From an uncultured Actinomycetota bacterium (GTDB lineage Bacteria; Actinomycetota; Actinomycetes; Streptosporangiales; Streptosporangiaceae): DNA of 64,000 bases. Below are positions 19,572 through 29,630 of this stretch, in pieces. The DNA lies in assembly GCA_963748785.1 (NCBI GenBank), contig CAVVKP010000034.1:31421-95420 (forward strand), in the 5' to 3' direction. How positions within the stretch are numbered: position 1 is the stretch's first letter; every line of letters begins with the position of its first letter. A program made the position numbers and the translations under genes. Below the pieces are notes generated by a model that was given only the letters and a program-made list of their open reading frames with translations, had not been told where the DNA came from and ran no database searches.

Positions 19572-21236
19572 GTGCTTGCCCCCCTGGGCCGGGCTCACTG
19601 GCCCGCCGACGAGAGCGCGGACATCCGCGAGACCACCATCGGCTCGGAGCTGAGGGACGCCGCCGCCCGCGCCCCGGGCAAGGCCGCGCTGATCGCCGGC
19701 GACCCGGACCGCGCCGGGCGCGGCCAGTGGACGTACGCCGAACTGCTCGCCGACGCCGAGCGGGCCGCCCGCGCGCTGCTTACCCGGTTCTCCCCCGGGG
19801 AACGGGTCGCGGTCTGGGCGCCGAACAGCCCCGAGTGGGTCATCCTCGAGTTCGGCGTGGCGCTGGCCGGGCTGGTCCTGGTCACGGTCAACCCGGCCTA
19901 CCAGGGGGAAGAGCTGGCCCACGTGCTCGGCGACTCGGGGGCGCACGGCTTGTTCCACGCCGCCCCCGACCAGCGCGGCGACCCGCGCGCGACCCTGGAC
20001 GAGGTCCGTGGCCGGCTGCCCGGGCTGCGCGAGGTGCTGTCGCTCGCCGACTGGGACGCGTTCACCGCGACCGGAGAGGCGCCGGAGGCGGCCGGGCCGC
20101 TGCCCCACGTCGCGCCGGACGCCACCGCGCAGGTCATCTACACCTCGGGGACCACCGGAAGGCCCAAGGGCGCGGCGCTCACCCACCGCGGGCTGACCAA
20201 CAACGCCCGGCTGGCCTTCGCCGCCCTCGGCGTCGGGCCCGATGACGTCGAGATCAACCCGATGCCCATGTTCCACGTGGGCGGCAGCGTGTTGTTCACC
20301 CTCGGGCCGGTCTCGGTCACCGCGACCCACGTGCTCATGCCCCGCTTCTCCCCCGCGCTCGAACTCGAGCTGATCGAGCGGCACCGGGTCACCCTGCTGT
20401 GCGGCGTGCCCACCATGCTGCTCGCCCTGCTCGGCCACCCCGACCGGGCCGGGCGGGACCTGTCGTCGCTGCGCCAGGTGCTGACCGGCGGCGCGGTGTC
20501 GCCGCCCGCCCTGGTCCGCGAGGTCGAGGAGGCGCTCGGCGTCAGCTACTGCATCGGCTTCGCTCAGACCGAGGCGGGCTGCGTCATCTCGTTCGCCACG
20601 CCCGGCGACCCGGCCGCCGACCGTACGGAGACCATGGGCAGGCCGCTGCCCCGCACCGAGGTGCGCGTCACCAGCCTGCGCACCGGCGAGACGGCCCCGT
20701 GCGGCGAGGTCGGCGAGATCCGCGCCCGGGGCTACTTCGTCATGCGCGGCTACCTGAACGCGCCGGAGGCGACCGCAGAGACCGTCGACGCCGACGGCTG
20801 GCTGTCCACCGGCGACCTGGGCTCGATGGACGACCGCGGCTACCTGCGGATCGCCGGGCGCCTCAAGGAGATGATCATCCGGGGCGGCGAGAACATCTAC
20901 CCCAGGGAAATCGAAGAGGTCCTGGTCAGCCACCCGGCCGTAGCCGACGCCGCGGTCCTCGGCGTCCCCGACGCCTACTACGGCGAGATCGTCGGCGCCG
21001 CGGTCCGCCTGGCCGCGCCGCCCGCCGGCGACGGGCGCGACGGCGACGGCACCGGGTCCCTGGCCGCCGAGCTGGCCGCGTACTGCCGGGCCCGGCTGGC
21101 CGCCGAAAAGGTCCCCGCCCGCTGGCTGGTCGCAGGCGCCTTCCCGCTGACCCCCTCGGGCAAGATCCGCAAGGACGCCCTGCTCGACCAGCTCACCGCC
21201 CAGGCCGGCGACCCCGGCGCGCCCGCCAGGCGGTAA
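19572..21236 (+). CDS. Acyl-CoA synthetase (AMP-binding)
   Basis: YTSGTTGRPKG, GFAQTE, GWLSTGDLG, GRLKEMIIRGGENIYPREIE, PLTPSGKIRK. Confidence 0.93.
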   Translation: MLAPLGRAHWPADESADIRETTIGSELRDAAARAPGKAALIAGDPDRAGRGQWTYAELLADAERAARALLTRFSPGERVAVWAPNSPEWVILEFGVALAGLVLVTVNPAYQGEELAHVLGDSGAHGLFHAAPDQRGDPRATLDEVRGRLPGLREVLSLADWDAFTATGEAPEAAGPLPHVAPDATAQVIYTSGTTGRPKGAALTHRGLTNNARLAFAALGVGPDDVEINPMPMFHVGGSVLFTLGPVSVTATHVLMPRFSPALELELIERHRVTLLCGVPTMLLALLGHPDRAGRDLSSLRQVLTGGAVSPPALVREVEEALGVSYCIGFAQTEAGCVISFATPGDPAADRTETMGRPLPRTEVRVTSLRTGETAPCGEVGEIRARGYFVMRGYLNAPEATAETVDADGWLSTGDLGSMDDRGYLRIAGRLKEMIIRGGENIYPREIEEVLVSHPAVADAAVLGVPDAYYGEIVGAAVRLAAPPAGDGRDGDGTGSLAAELAAYCRARLAAEKVPARWLVAGAFPLTPSGKIRKDALLDQLTAQAGDPGAPARR

Positions 21237-21333
21237 GCCACGGGCGCGGAGCGCGGGGCACGGGCCGCTTCTTGCTGTTATCAGGCGGAGCCGCGCTGCG
21301 CCGCGAATGGCGCCGGGGCGCTTCTTGCTGTTA

Positions 21334-21996
21334 TCACGGGCGGCCCTCGCCCGGACCGGGTCGTTTGCGCCAACGGCCACGATAGAAGGAGGCGATGGCG
21401 CCAACGACCCGGTAGGCACCCGGAGCGCCGGGCGTCCGTTGCCGGGCCAGGCCACGCGCGGCCGCTCGGCCACGGGCAGCGGCTAGTTGTGGTCCGGCCG
21501 TCTGGGGGGCGGCGTCGGAGATGAGCTTGGCCAGGCGGTCCAGGTGCTCGGCCAGGTCCTCGTTGGTGACCAGGTCGTTGAGCGCCAGGCGGACGGAGGC
21601 CAGCTCGCGGGCCAGGTACTCGGTGTCGGCCTGGGTGCGGGCGGCGACCTGGCGGTCCCGCTCGGTGGTGGCCCGGTCGCGTTCGTCCTGGCGGTTCTGC
21701 GCCAGCAGGATCAGCGGGGCGGCGTACGCGGCCTGGGTGGAGAAGGCCAGGTTGAGCAGGATGAAGGGATACGGGTCCCAGTGGTGGATGATGCCGATGG
21801 TGTTGATGATGATCCAGGCGATGACGAAGAGCGTCTGAGCGAACAGGTACTTGCCGGTGCCGAGGAGCCGCGCCAGGGCTTCGGAGAACCGGCCGAAGGC
21901 GTCGGCGTCGTAGAGCGAGCCGCGCACCGGGGCGCCGCGCGGGACAGACAGGTCATTCCGGTCGCCGACGGCACGGAAGGGCGTGAACCTGGCCAT
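21334..21996 (-). CDS. DUF1003 domain membrane protein (true stop may be near 21484)
   Basis: DPYPFILLNLAFSTQAAYAAPLILLAQNRQ, ADTEYLARE. Confidence 0.9.
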   Translation of the reverse strand: MARFTPFRAVGDRNDLSVPRGAPVRGSLYDADAFGRFSEALARLLGTGKYLFAQTLFVIAWIIINTIGIIHHWDPYPFILLNLAFSTQAAYAAPLILLAQNRQDERDRATTERDRQVAARTQADTEYLARELASVRLALNDLVTNEDLAEHLDRLAKLISDAAPQTAGPQLAAARGRAAARGLARQRTPGAPGAYRVVGAIASFYRGRWRKRPGPGEGRP

Positions 21997-23246
21997 TAGC
22001 CCCCTCCTCCGACGCGCCGCCAGCCGACGGGCAGCAGGTGGTCGAGCACGTCGTCGACGGTGACCGCGCCGAGCAGGCGGCCGCCCCGGTCGCACACCGC
22101 GACGCCGATGAGATTGTAGGCGGCCAGCCGGGCGGCCAGCTCGCGCTCGGGCAGGTCAGGCTGGACGTAGACCCGGGCCTCGATGCACTCGCCGACCGGG
22201 ATGGACGGCGCGCGGCGCAGCAGCCGCTGGAAGCCGACGCTGCCCAGGTAGCGGCCGGTCGGGGTCAGCGCGGGCGGCTCGCACACGTAAACCTGCGCGG
22301 CGGTGGTGGCGGGCAGGTCTCGGTCCCTGACCCGCGCGAGGACCTCGGCCACTGGTGCGTCCGGGGCGAACACCAGCGGCTGGGAGGTCATCAGGCCGCC
22401 GGCGGTGGCCTTGTCGTAGCGCAGCAGCCGGCGCAGGTCCTCGGCCTGGACGGCCTGCATCGCGGTGAGCAGGCGCTCGCGCTGCTCGGGGGGCATCTCG
22501 CCGAGCAGGTCGGCGGCGTCGTCCGGCTCCATCTCCTCGACCACGTCGGCACTGCGCTCGATGCTGTCGAGGCTGTTGAGCAGCCGGATCTGGTCCTGCT
22601 CGGGCATCTCCTCCAGCAGGTCGGCCAGTTCCTCGTCATCCAGCGCGGCGGCCAGCTGGCTGCGCCTGGCCTGCGGAAGCGCCTCGAAGGCGGAGGCCAG
22701 GTCGGCCGGGGCCATCTCGCGCAGGCTGGCCAGCTGCTCGGCCAGCGGTCCGGGCTCGAACAGCTCGCGGCACTCTTCCCAGGCAACGATGTCCGGCCCG
22801 TGGCCGCGCAGGTTCATCCCCCGGCTCCTGGTAACCGCGAGCGCGGTCACCTGCCAGCGGTTGCGCGCCAGCTCGCGGTGGGCGAGGGCCACGTCGGCGA
22901 CCGCCCCGGAGGCGGTTCGCCTGCCGTACAGGCTGCTGGCCAGGATCTCCCCGGGACGCTTGGTGAACGGGTCCAGGTCCACGGTGCCGCCGAGCAGCTG
23001 CGCGCCCTCCGCGGACACCTCCCTGATCCGGCCGAACGGCACGAAGATGAGGCGCCGCCGCAGCGACACCACCAGCCCGAGAGCGCGCGGCGGCTCGGCG
23101 CCTGCGACCGGCCAGATGACCACGTCGCGCACCCGGCCGATCACGCGGCCGTCGCTGTCGAGCAGCGGCCGACCGGTCAGCCTGGCCGTGAAGACCTGGA
23201 TCTCCGGCCCGGTGGCGCTGCTCGCCACTCCCGAGGTAGAAGTCAC
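21996..23246 (-). CDS. MgtE N-terminal/CBS domain protein
   Basis: PRC-like N-terminus, EEMEPDDAADLL, TAGGLMT, CBS pair, GAVTVDDVLD; coupled to the DUF1003 gene. Confidence 0.9.
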   Translation of the reverse strand: MTSTSGVASSATGPEIQVFTARLTGRPLLDSDGRVIGRVRDVVIWPVAGAEPPRALGLVVSLRRRLIFVPFGRIREVSAEGAQLLGGTVDLDPFTKRPGEILASSLYGRRTASGAVADVALAHRELARNRWQVTALAVTRSRGMNLRGHGPDIVAWEECRELFEPGPLAEQLASLREMAPADLASAFEALPQARRSQLAAALDDEELADLLEEMPEQDQIRLLNSLDSIERSADVVEEMEPDDAADLLGEMPPEQRERLLTAMQAVQAEDLRRLLRYDKATAGGLMTSQPLVFAPDAPVAEVLARVRDRDLPATTAAQVYVCEPPALTPTGRYLGSVGFQRLLRRAPSIPVGECIEARVYVQPDLPERELAARLAAYNLIGVAVCDRGGRLLGAVTVDDVLDHLLPVGWRRVGGGG

Positions 23247-23301
23247 CTGACCATTATCAGTGACCCTGCCTCACCGTCCGCCGGCTGGGCCAGACGAACC
23301 G

Positions 23302-23805
23302 TTAACGGAGGCTGGGCGACGGCAGCGCGCCGCGCCCCGGCTCGACGCGGCCGGAGGCCGCGAGGCGCATCCGGTACACCCGCAGCCGGCCCCTTTCCTG
23401 GCCGACCGCGACGGTGAGCAGGCACAGGCGTCCCCGCGCGGGGGCTGGCACCCTCAGTTCGCCCGTGCCGCCGGCGGGCACCACGCCGACCTCGTGCCAG
23501 CGGTCCGGCCGGAACTTCCGCCGCCCGGTCAAGAGTGGCGCGCTGGCCGACATGCCGCCCGCGACCGCGGCGGGCAGCCGGGCCCGGCGGGCGACGACCC
23601 CGGCGAGCACCGGCGAGCCCGACGGGTTGCGCACCGTCGCGGCCAGCACCGGGCGCGGCTCGTCCGGCTGCGCCCCGCTCCGGGCCACCCCGGCCACCCG
23701 GGCGTCGCCCGCCCGGTCGCCGTTGCGCATGCCGACTGCCGCGAGCGCGTAAGCTGCGGCGCCGAGGACGGCAGCCGCGATTATCCCGAAAACATAGATC
23801 TCCAT
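23302..23805 (-). CDS. Hypothetical protein with an N-terminal membrane anchor
   Basis: MEIYVFGIIAAAVLGAAAYALAAV; divergent from the MocR regulator. Confidence 0.6.
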   Translation of the reverse strand: MEIYVFGIIAAAVLGAAAYALAAVGMRNGDRAGDARVAGVARSGAQPDEPRPVLAATVRNPSGSPVLAGVVARRARLPAAVAGGMSASAPLLTGRRKFRPDRWHEVGVVPAGGTGELRVPAPARGRLCLLTVAVGQERGRLRVYRMRLAASGRVEPGRGALPSPSLR

Positions 23806-23822
23806 AGGGCAAAGCTGACACC

Positions 23823-23848
23823 ATTGGCATGGCCATGACAGTGCCAAT
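23823..23848. promoter_or_regulatory. Inverted repeat ATTGGCA-N12-TGCCAAT, candidate MocR operator
   Basis: Lies in the short divergent region between the hypothetical gene and the MocR gene. Confidence 0.5.
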
Positions 23849-25298
23849 TAGCGACAATGTGGCTCCGGCCAGCCCCCCGCCCCCCACGATCACCCCGCAG
23901 GCCCTCGCCGACCTGCTCGGCCGCTGGCCGACGGCGGACGGCGCGCTGTACCGGCTGCTGGCCGCGCGGCTCGGCCGGCTGGCCGACACCGGGGAGCTGC
24001 CCGCGGGCGTGCGGTTGCCGCCGGAACGGGCCCTGGCCGCCGCCCTGTCGGTCAGCAGGAACACCGTGGCCCTGGCCTACCAGGTGCTGCGGGACGAGGG
24101 CATGGCCGCGAGCCGCCAGGGGTCGGGTACCCGGCTCGTCCCGCACCGCACCACCCCTGCGGCGGTGCACCGGGCCAATGGGTTCTTCACCGGCCTGCTG
24201 GCCGGCACGTCGGCCTTCGACCTGTCGCTGGCCGCGGTGGACTGCGCACCCCAGCTCGCGGCCGCCCTGCGCGACCCGGGTTCCGTCCTGAGTGAGAACG
24301 AACGGGAGCGGCTGACCCGTGGCTCCGGATACTTGCCCTACGGGCTGCCCGAGCTGCGGTCGGCGCTGGCGTCCATGCTGACCACGGTGCACGGCATCCC
24401 GACCACGGCGGACCAGGTTCTCGTCACCTCCGGCGCTCAGCAGGCCCTTGACCTGCTGTTGCGCTGCGAGGTCAGCCCGGGGCACCCGGTGGTGAGCGAG
24501 GACCCGACGTACCCGGGTTTCATCGACGCGCTGTACCGCAGCGGCGCGCGGCCGGTCGGCGTGCCGCCGGGCGACGTCGCCCGGCTGGCCGACGCGGTCG
24601 CCGCGCACCGGCCCTGCGTGGCCTACCTGATCCCGACGCACCAGAACCCGACCGGGCAGGTGCTGCCCGCCGCCGAGCGGCACGAGATCGTGGCGCTGGC
24701 CGCACGCAACCCGGGCGTCACGTTCGTCGACGACATGACCGTGGCCGACCTGCCGCTCGCCGGCGACGGGCTGGCCGCCGGGCCGCCGCCGCTGGCCGCA
24801 CTCGCCCCCCGGCTGACCAACGTGGTGACCGTCGGCTCGCTGTCCAAGACGTACTGGGGCGGCCTGCGGGCCGGCTGGGTACGTGCGCCGGAGGGCATCA
24901 TCGCCCGGCTGGCCGCGGCCAAGTCGGCCGCCGACCTGGGGTCGCCCGCCTTCGGCCAGGGGCTGCTCGCGGCGCTCGTCCGCGAGCAACACGAGGAAAT
25001 TGTCGCCTACCGGACCGACTGGGCCCGCCGGCGCTACCAGGCCATCGCCGCGGCCCTGGCCGCGCACCTGCCCGACTGGGAGTGGACGCCCCCGGCCGGA
25101 GGCCTGACCCTGTGGGTCCGCCGCCCCGGCGACACCGACTCCACCGCGTTCGCCCAGGAGGCACTGCGCCGCGGCGTCGCGGTCGTGCCCGGCCGCCTGC
25201 TGTCGGTGACCGCCGACTCCTCGGCCTGGCTCCGGCTGGCCTTCACCCTCCCGCCTGACGACCTCACCATCGCCGTCAAGGCCCTGTCGGGCACCTAG
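23835..25298 (+). CDS. MocR/GabR family regulator (GntR HTH + PLP aminotransferase domain)
   Basis: RLPPERALAAALSVSRNTV, TSGAQQAL, HQNPTG, GSLSKTYWGGLRAGW. Confidence 0.93.
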   Translation: MTVPISDNVAPASPPPPTITPQALADLLGRWPTADGALYRLLAARLGRLADTGELPAGVRLPPERALAAALSVSRNTVALAYQVLRDEGMAASRQGSGTRLVPHRTTPAAVHRANGFFTGLLAGTSAFDLSLAAVDCAPQLAAALRDPGSVLSENERERLTRGSGYLPYGLPELRSALASMLTTVHGIPTTADQVLVTSGAQQALDLLLRCEVSPGHPVVSEDPTYPGFIDALYRSGARPVGVPPGDVARLADAVAAHRPCVAYLIPTHQNPTGQVLPAAERHEIVALAARNPGVTFVDDMTVADLPLAGDGLAAGPPPLAALAPRLTNVVTVGSLSKTYWGGLRAGWVRAPEGIIARLAAAKSAADLGSPAFGQGLLAALVREQHEEIVAYRTDWARRRYQAIAAALAAHLPDWEWTPPAGGLTLWVRRPGDTDSTAFAQEALRRGVAVVPGRLLSVTADSSAWLRLAFTLPPDDLTIAVKALSGT

Positions 25299-25497
25299 AC
25301 CCGAGCAGGCACCCAGGCCCGAGCTGGCGCCTACCGAGCTGGCGTCTAGGCCGACCACGGCAGGAGTACGCCGCCGACGGCGGCCGCACGCCCCGACGGT
25401 CGAACAGGCGAACGGCTCCGAGCCCGGCGGGCCGAATGCGCAAAAAGCCCGGATAGAGGCAGGCGAAAGCGCAAACGCCCCGGAAGCGTTGCAGGCA

Positions 25498-25526
25498 CCT
25501 GTCCCGCCCCGACGGGGCGGGACAGG
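25498..25526. terminator. 13-bp perfect GC hairpin, possible terminator
   Basis: cctgtcccgcccc-gac-ggggcgggacagg; no U-tract. Confidence 0.45.
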
Positions 25527-25746
25527 CCAGGGATGTGATCCGGGAGTCGCGGCCACAGGCCTGTGACGCGAGCGCCCTGGTGGAACAGTGGGCGAGTGGA
25601 GGGACGCACGCAGGCCGGCGTAACCAGTGGAGCCGAGCGAGCCGGCAGGCTGGCTGCTTCCCCGCGCGGAGCGCTTCTTGCTGTTATCAGGCTTCCTGGG
25701 CCAGGGCGGTGGCGCGGCGCAGCGTACCGGAATACGATTTTTTACG

Positions 25747-26956
25747 ATGGGAAGCTGGAATGCCGTGGTGGACGTATCGAACGTCTGCTGGTCGCCTCAC
25801 CTGCCGCCGGTGGGCCGACAGGCCCCGGTATGGGGGCGGCTCGGCCTCGTCATGTCCGCATGGCAGACGATGCACGCCGACGCGCGGTTCGAACTGGTCG
25901 CCGACGACTCGCTGGTGCGCGGTGCTCGGCCCGGACGCGCGGCACTTCCTCGACCTCAAGCGCGACGGCGGCATCACCACCGCGTCGGTCGCCGACGGCG
26001 AGATCCTGCGGCTGGCCCGCGACGGCGCGCTGCACGTCATCACCCGCGACCACTACATCGACCACCGGGCCTCGCACCGCTGGATCGAGACGTCACCCGA
26101 GCGGTTCCACGCCTGGGACACCGTCGACGGGGCCGTCCGGTTCGAGCCGCTCGGCATCAAGACCCGCAGCGCGCAGGACGTCTCCCAGGCCCACGAGGTC
26201 AAGGTGCTGCGCTACTCGGCCAAGCTCGACGCCAAGAACCAGGCCCACCGCAAGATCTTGCAGACCCGGTGGAGCTGCCCGAACACCTCCTGCCGGCAGG
26301 CCGCCCAGTGGCAGGGCCAGCTGCTCGCCTGGCCCCGGGTCTCACCCGACGGCGGCGCCGTCTGCCCGTCCTGCACCCGGCCGCTGATCGCGCTCGGGCC
26401 GCGCGCCGCGCTGCACGAGGTCGTCGTGGCCGAGGTCGCGTCGCAGACCGAGCTGCTGCGCTTCCCCCTCGAACTCGAGTGCCCGGTGATCGTCGGCCGG
26501 GGCGCGGCGGTCAAGGGCATCGACCTGGCGATGTACACGGCCGGCAGCCGGTCGGCCATCCACACCGTGAGCAGGCTGCACCTCATGCTGCGGCTGCAGC
26601 ACGCCGGCTCGGGCAACTGGCGGCTGTCGGTAGTCGACCTGAACTCCACCAACGGCACCACCGTGCAGCGGTGGACCGGCGGCTCCTTCGACCCGGCCCG
26701 GCCGGTCCCGCCCGACCAGGAGACCCACCTGGGCACCAAGGACCGGCTCATCCTGGGCGACTCCGTCGTGCTGCGGCTGTCCGGCAAGCGCTACCTGGCC
26801 TCACCGACCAGCCCCCACCCGGAGTTCGCCGCGCTGGCCGACGACGGCCCGGTGGCGACCACCATCGTCCGCCAGGCGTCCGCGCCCACCGGCCAGGCCA
26901 GCGCCGGCCGCGCCCCTGCCCCGCGGTTCCCCGGGACGTCACCCGACCGCCTGTGA
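25747..26956 (+). CDS. NYN/PIN-like RNase + Cys4 Zn ribbon + FHA domain protein (frameshift near 25921)
   Basis: VVDVSNV, VADDS, ADGEILRLA, VITRDHYID; CPNTSC...CPSC; IVGRG, VSRLH, VDLNSTNGT. Confidence 0.8.
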
Positions 26957-27122
26957 CCACTTTCACGCCCGCTTCCCCTGCGCCGCGCGGCGGGCGAACT
27001 GATAAGAGTCGGAACTGGCACCGGCGGCGCGCCCGGTCCGGCCGCCGGCAGCGGGTATGACGCCATCCAGACGGGCCGCGCGCCCGGCACCCCAGCAAGA
27101 GCCAACCCCGAGGAACGAAGCG

Positions 27123-28315
27123 ATGAGCACAGCACCCTCCGCCCGGCCACGGCTGGACCCGCACGACCCCGTCGGCATCGACACGCTGCTCAGCGAGGAA
27201 GAGCTGGCGGTCAGGCAGACCGTCCGCGACTTCTGCGCCGACAAGATCGTGCCGCACGTCGCCGGCTGGTACGAACGGGGCGAACTGCCCCAGGTCCGCG
27301 AGCTGACCCGCGAGCTCGGCAAGATCGGCCTGCTCGGCATGCACCTCACCGGCTACGGGTGCGCCGGCATGTCGTCGGTTGACTACGGCCTGGCCTGCCT
27401 GGAACTTGAGGCGGCCGACTCCGGCCTGCGCTCCCTGGTGTCCGTGCAGGGCTCGCTGGCCATGTACGCGATCTGGCGGTTCGGCAGCGAGGCGCACAAG
27501 TCCGAGTGGCTGCCCAAGATGGCCGCCGGCGAGGCCATCGGCTGCTTCGGCCTCACCGAGCCGGACGCCGGCTCGACCCGGCGTCGATGCGCACCTCCGC
27601 CCGCCGCGACGGCACCGACTGGGTGCTCAACGGCCGCAAGATGTGGATCACCAACGGCTCGGTCGCCGACGTCGCGGTCGTCTGGGCCCAGACCGACGAC
27701 GGCATCCGCGGCTTCACCGTCCCCACCCAGACGCCCGGCTTCTCCGCGCCGGAGATCAAGCACAAGGGGTCGCTGCGCGCCTCCATCACCGCCGAGCTGG
27801 TGCTCGACGACGTGCGGCTGCCGGGCGACGCCGTCTTCCCCGAGGTCACCGGGCTGCGCGGGCCGCTGTCCTGCCTGACCGAGGCCCGCTTCGGCATCTT
27901 CTGGGGCGCCCTGGGCGCGGCCCGGACCTGCTACGAGACCGCGCTCGACTACGCCAAGACCCGCGAGCAGTTCGGCTCGCCGATCGCCGCCTTCCAGCTC
28001 ACCCAGGAGAAGCTGGCCAACATGGCCGTCGAGCTGGCCAAGGGGCAGCTGCTCGCGCTGCACTTCGGCCGGCTCAAGGACCTGGGCAGGCTCGCGCCCG
28101 AGCACGTCTCCATCGCCAAACTCAACAGCACCAGGGAAGCGCTGGAAATCTGCCGCACCGCCCGCACCATCCTCGGCGGCAACGGCATCTCCTACGAGTT
28201 CCCGATCATGCGGCACATGGCCAACCTGGAGTCCGTCCTCACCTACGAGGGCACACCGGAAATGCACACCCTGGTCATCGGCCAGGCTCTTACCGGGCAC
28301 GCCGCCTTCCGTTAG
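27123..28315 (+). CDS. gcdH: Acyl-CoA dehydrogenase, glutaryl-CoA dehydrogenase type (frameshift near 27573)
   Basis: DSGLRSLVSVQGSLAM, GCFGLTEPDAGS, KMWITNG, LGGNGI, NLESVLTYEGT. Confidence 0.88.
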
Positions 28316-28325
28316 CGGCCCGGCC

Positions 28326-28387
28326 GGGTACCGTCCCAGGCCCGGGTCACCCGCCCGGCACCGTGCCAGGCCCGGGTCACCCGCCCG
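28326..28387. repeat. Two tandem ~30-bp units downstream of gcdH
   Basis: gg[t/c]accgt[c/g]ccaggcccgggtcacccgccc repeated twice. Confidence 0.7.
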
Positions 28388-28591
28388 CCTAGGCCCCGCC
28401 GCCAACGCCGCATGGGGGGCCTGGCGCTCCGCGCTTCTTGCTGTTATCCGCGACCAGGCCGCCGTCATCGAAGACAGTGGATGTTATTTCACACCAGGTT
28501 GTCACCAGGTGGTGGAACGCTATCCACTATGTGGAGCCGGGCCGGTCCGGCCGTCCCGGTTGCGACGCGCGCCGGGGCATGCCCGCCGACC

Positions 28592-28655
28592 CGGCCACCG
28601 TCCGCACCGTCCCCGGAGCCAGGCACGGCCACCGTCCGCACCGTCCCCGGAGCCG
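28592..28655. repeat. Two copies of ggccaccgtccgcaccgtccccggagcc
   Basis: Direct near-tandem repeat in intergenic DNA. Confidence 0.7.
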
Positions 28656-28824
28656 GGCCCGGCATTAACCGTCAACTCGTAGGCCACCCGGACGGGCCTC
28701 CCGCCGGCCGGGACATGGAGCGGCCTGGCGGAGCAACGCGCCCGTTCATCATGATCATGTGGATTCTGGACCGCCTGCGTGCCGCCGGACACCTCGGCTG
28801 CCGCCAGGCCCTAAGATCGGGCGC

Positions 28825-29411
28825 GTGATGGTGGACGCGGAGGGGACTGCACGGCGTCGGCGGGGGCGGGCCGGCGGCTGGCGGCGGCCGCCGCGACCCT
28901 GGGATTCAGCGTGCCGCTGGCCGGCTGCGGATTCTTCTCATCCGGGGTCACCTCCACCTCGCCCAGCGTGATGACGGTGAGCGAGGCCGCGTTCACGCAC
29001 GGGACGATGCCCGACAGCTACACCTGCTCCGGGGGGCAGGTGGCCACACCGCCGCTCACCTGGGCCGGCACGCCGGAGGGCACCAAGTCGGTCGCGCTGG
29101 TGGTCGACGACTCGGACGCGCCGATCACGCCCTACGTGTACTGGGTGGTGTTCGACATCAGACCGGGAACCTCGGCGATGCTCGAAGGGCAGGTGCCGCC
29201 GGGCGCGCGACAGGCCAAGGGCACCGCCGGCCTGAGCCGCTACGACCCGCCGTGCCCCGGGCCCGGCGGGCACAGCTACCGCTTCACCGTGTACGCGCTG
29301 AATTCGGTGCTCAACCTGCCGAACGGGGCGCCGCTGCAGGACACGTGGGAGGCGATCGCGGCCGCGACGATCGGCCGCGGACGGCTCGTGGTCAACGCAA
29401 AATCGCCGTGA
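28825..29411 (+). CDS. YbhB/YbcL (PEBP) family lipoprotein (frameshift in the signal peptide)
   Basis: Lipobox LAGC; PPLTW, LVVDDSDAP, YDPPCP, HSYRFTVYAL. Confidence 0.85.
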
Positions 29412-29630
29412 GCGCTGGGATTCCCGCGCGTTTCGTACCGGCCTGTCCGTGCTTGCAGCATTCAGGCGTGAACTTTCGTGATTTGCCAGACACGTCGGCA
29501 CGGGGTTCGTAACAATCTTACGAACAATGCCGGTAAAGGGTGCTCGCGACAACGGGGGCAGGCTCGCGTACATGGCCGCGCGGGCCTCGCAGGGTACCAA
29601 CGCCAGGCCTTGCAGTGCCGGGTGGTGTGT

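Larger units (their letters stand above)
21266..28448 (+). repeat. Dispersed exact 17-mer CGCTTCTTGCTGTTATC, 4 copies (21266, 21319, 25672, 28432)
   Basis: Exact matches, all on the same strand and essentially intergenic. Confidence 0.85.

Noticed and set aside
21266-21335. Mini CRISPR array (two repeats 36 nt apart)
   Set aside because: The repeat is only 17-18 bp with two units and no cas genes; other copies are solitary.
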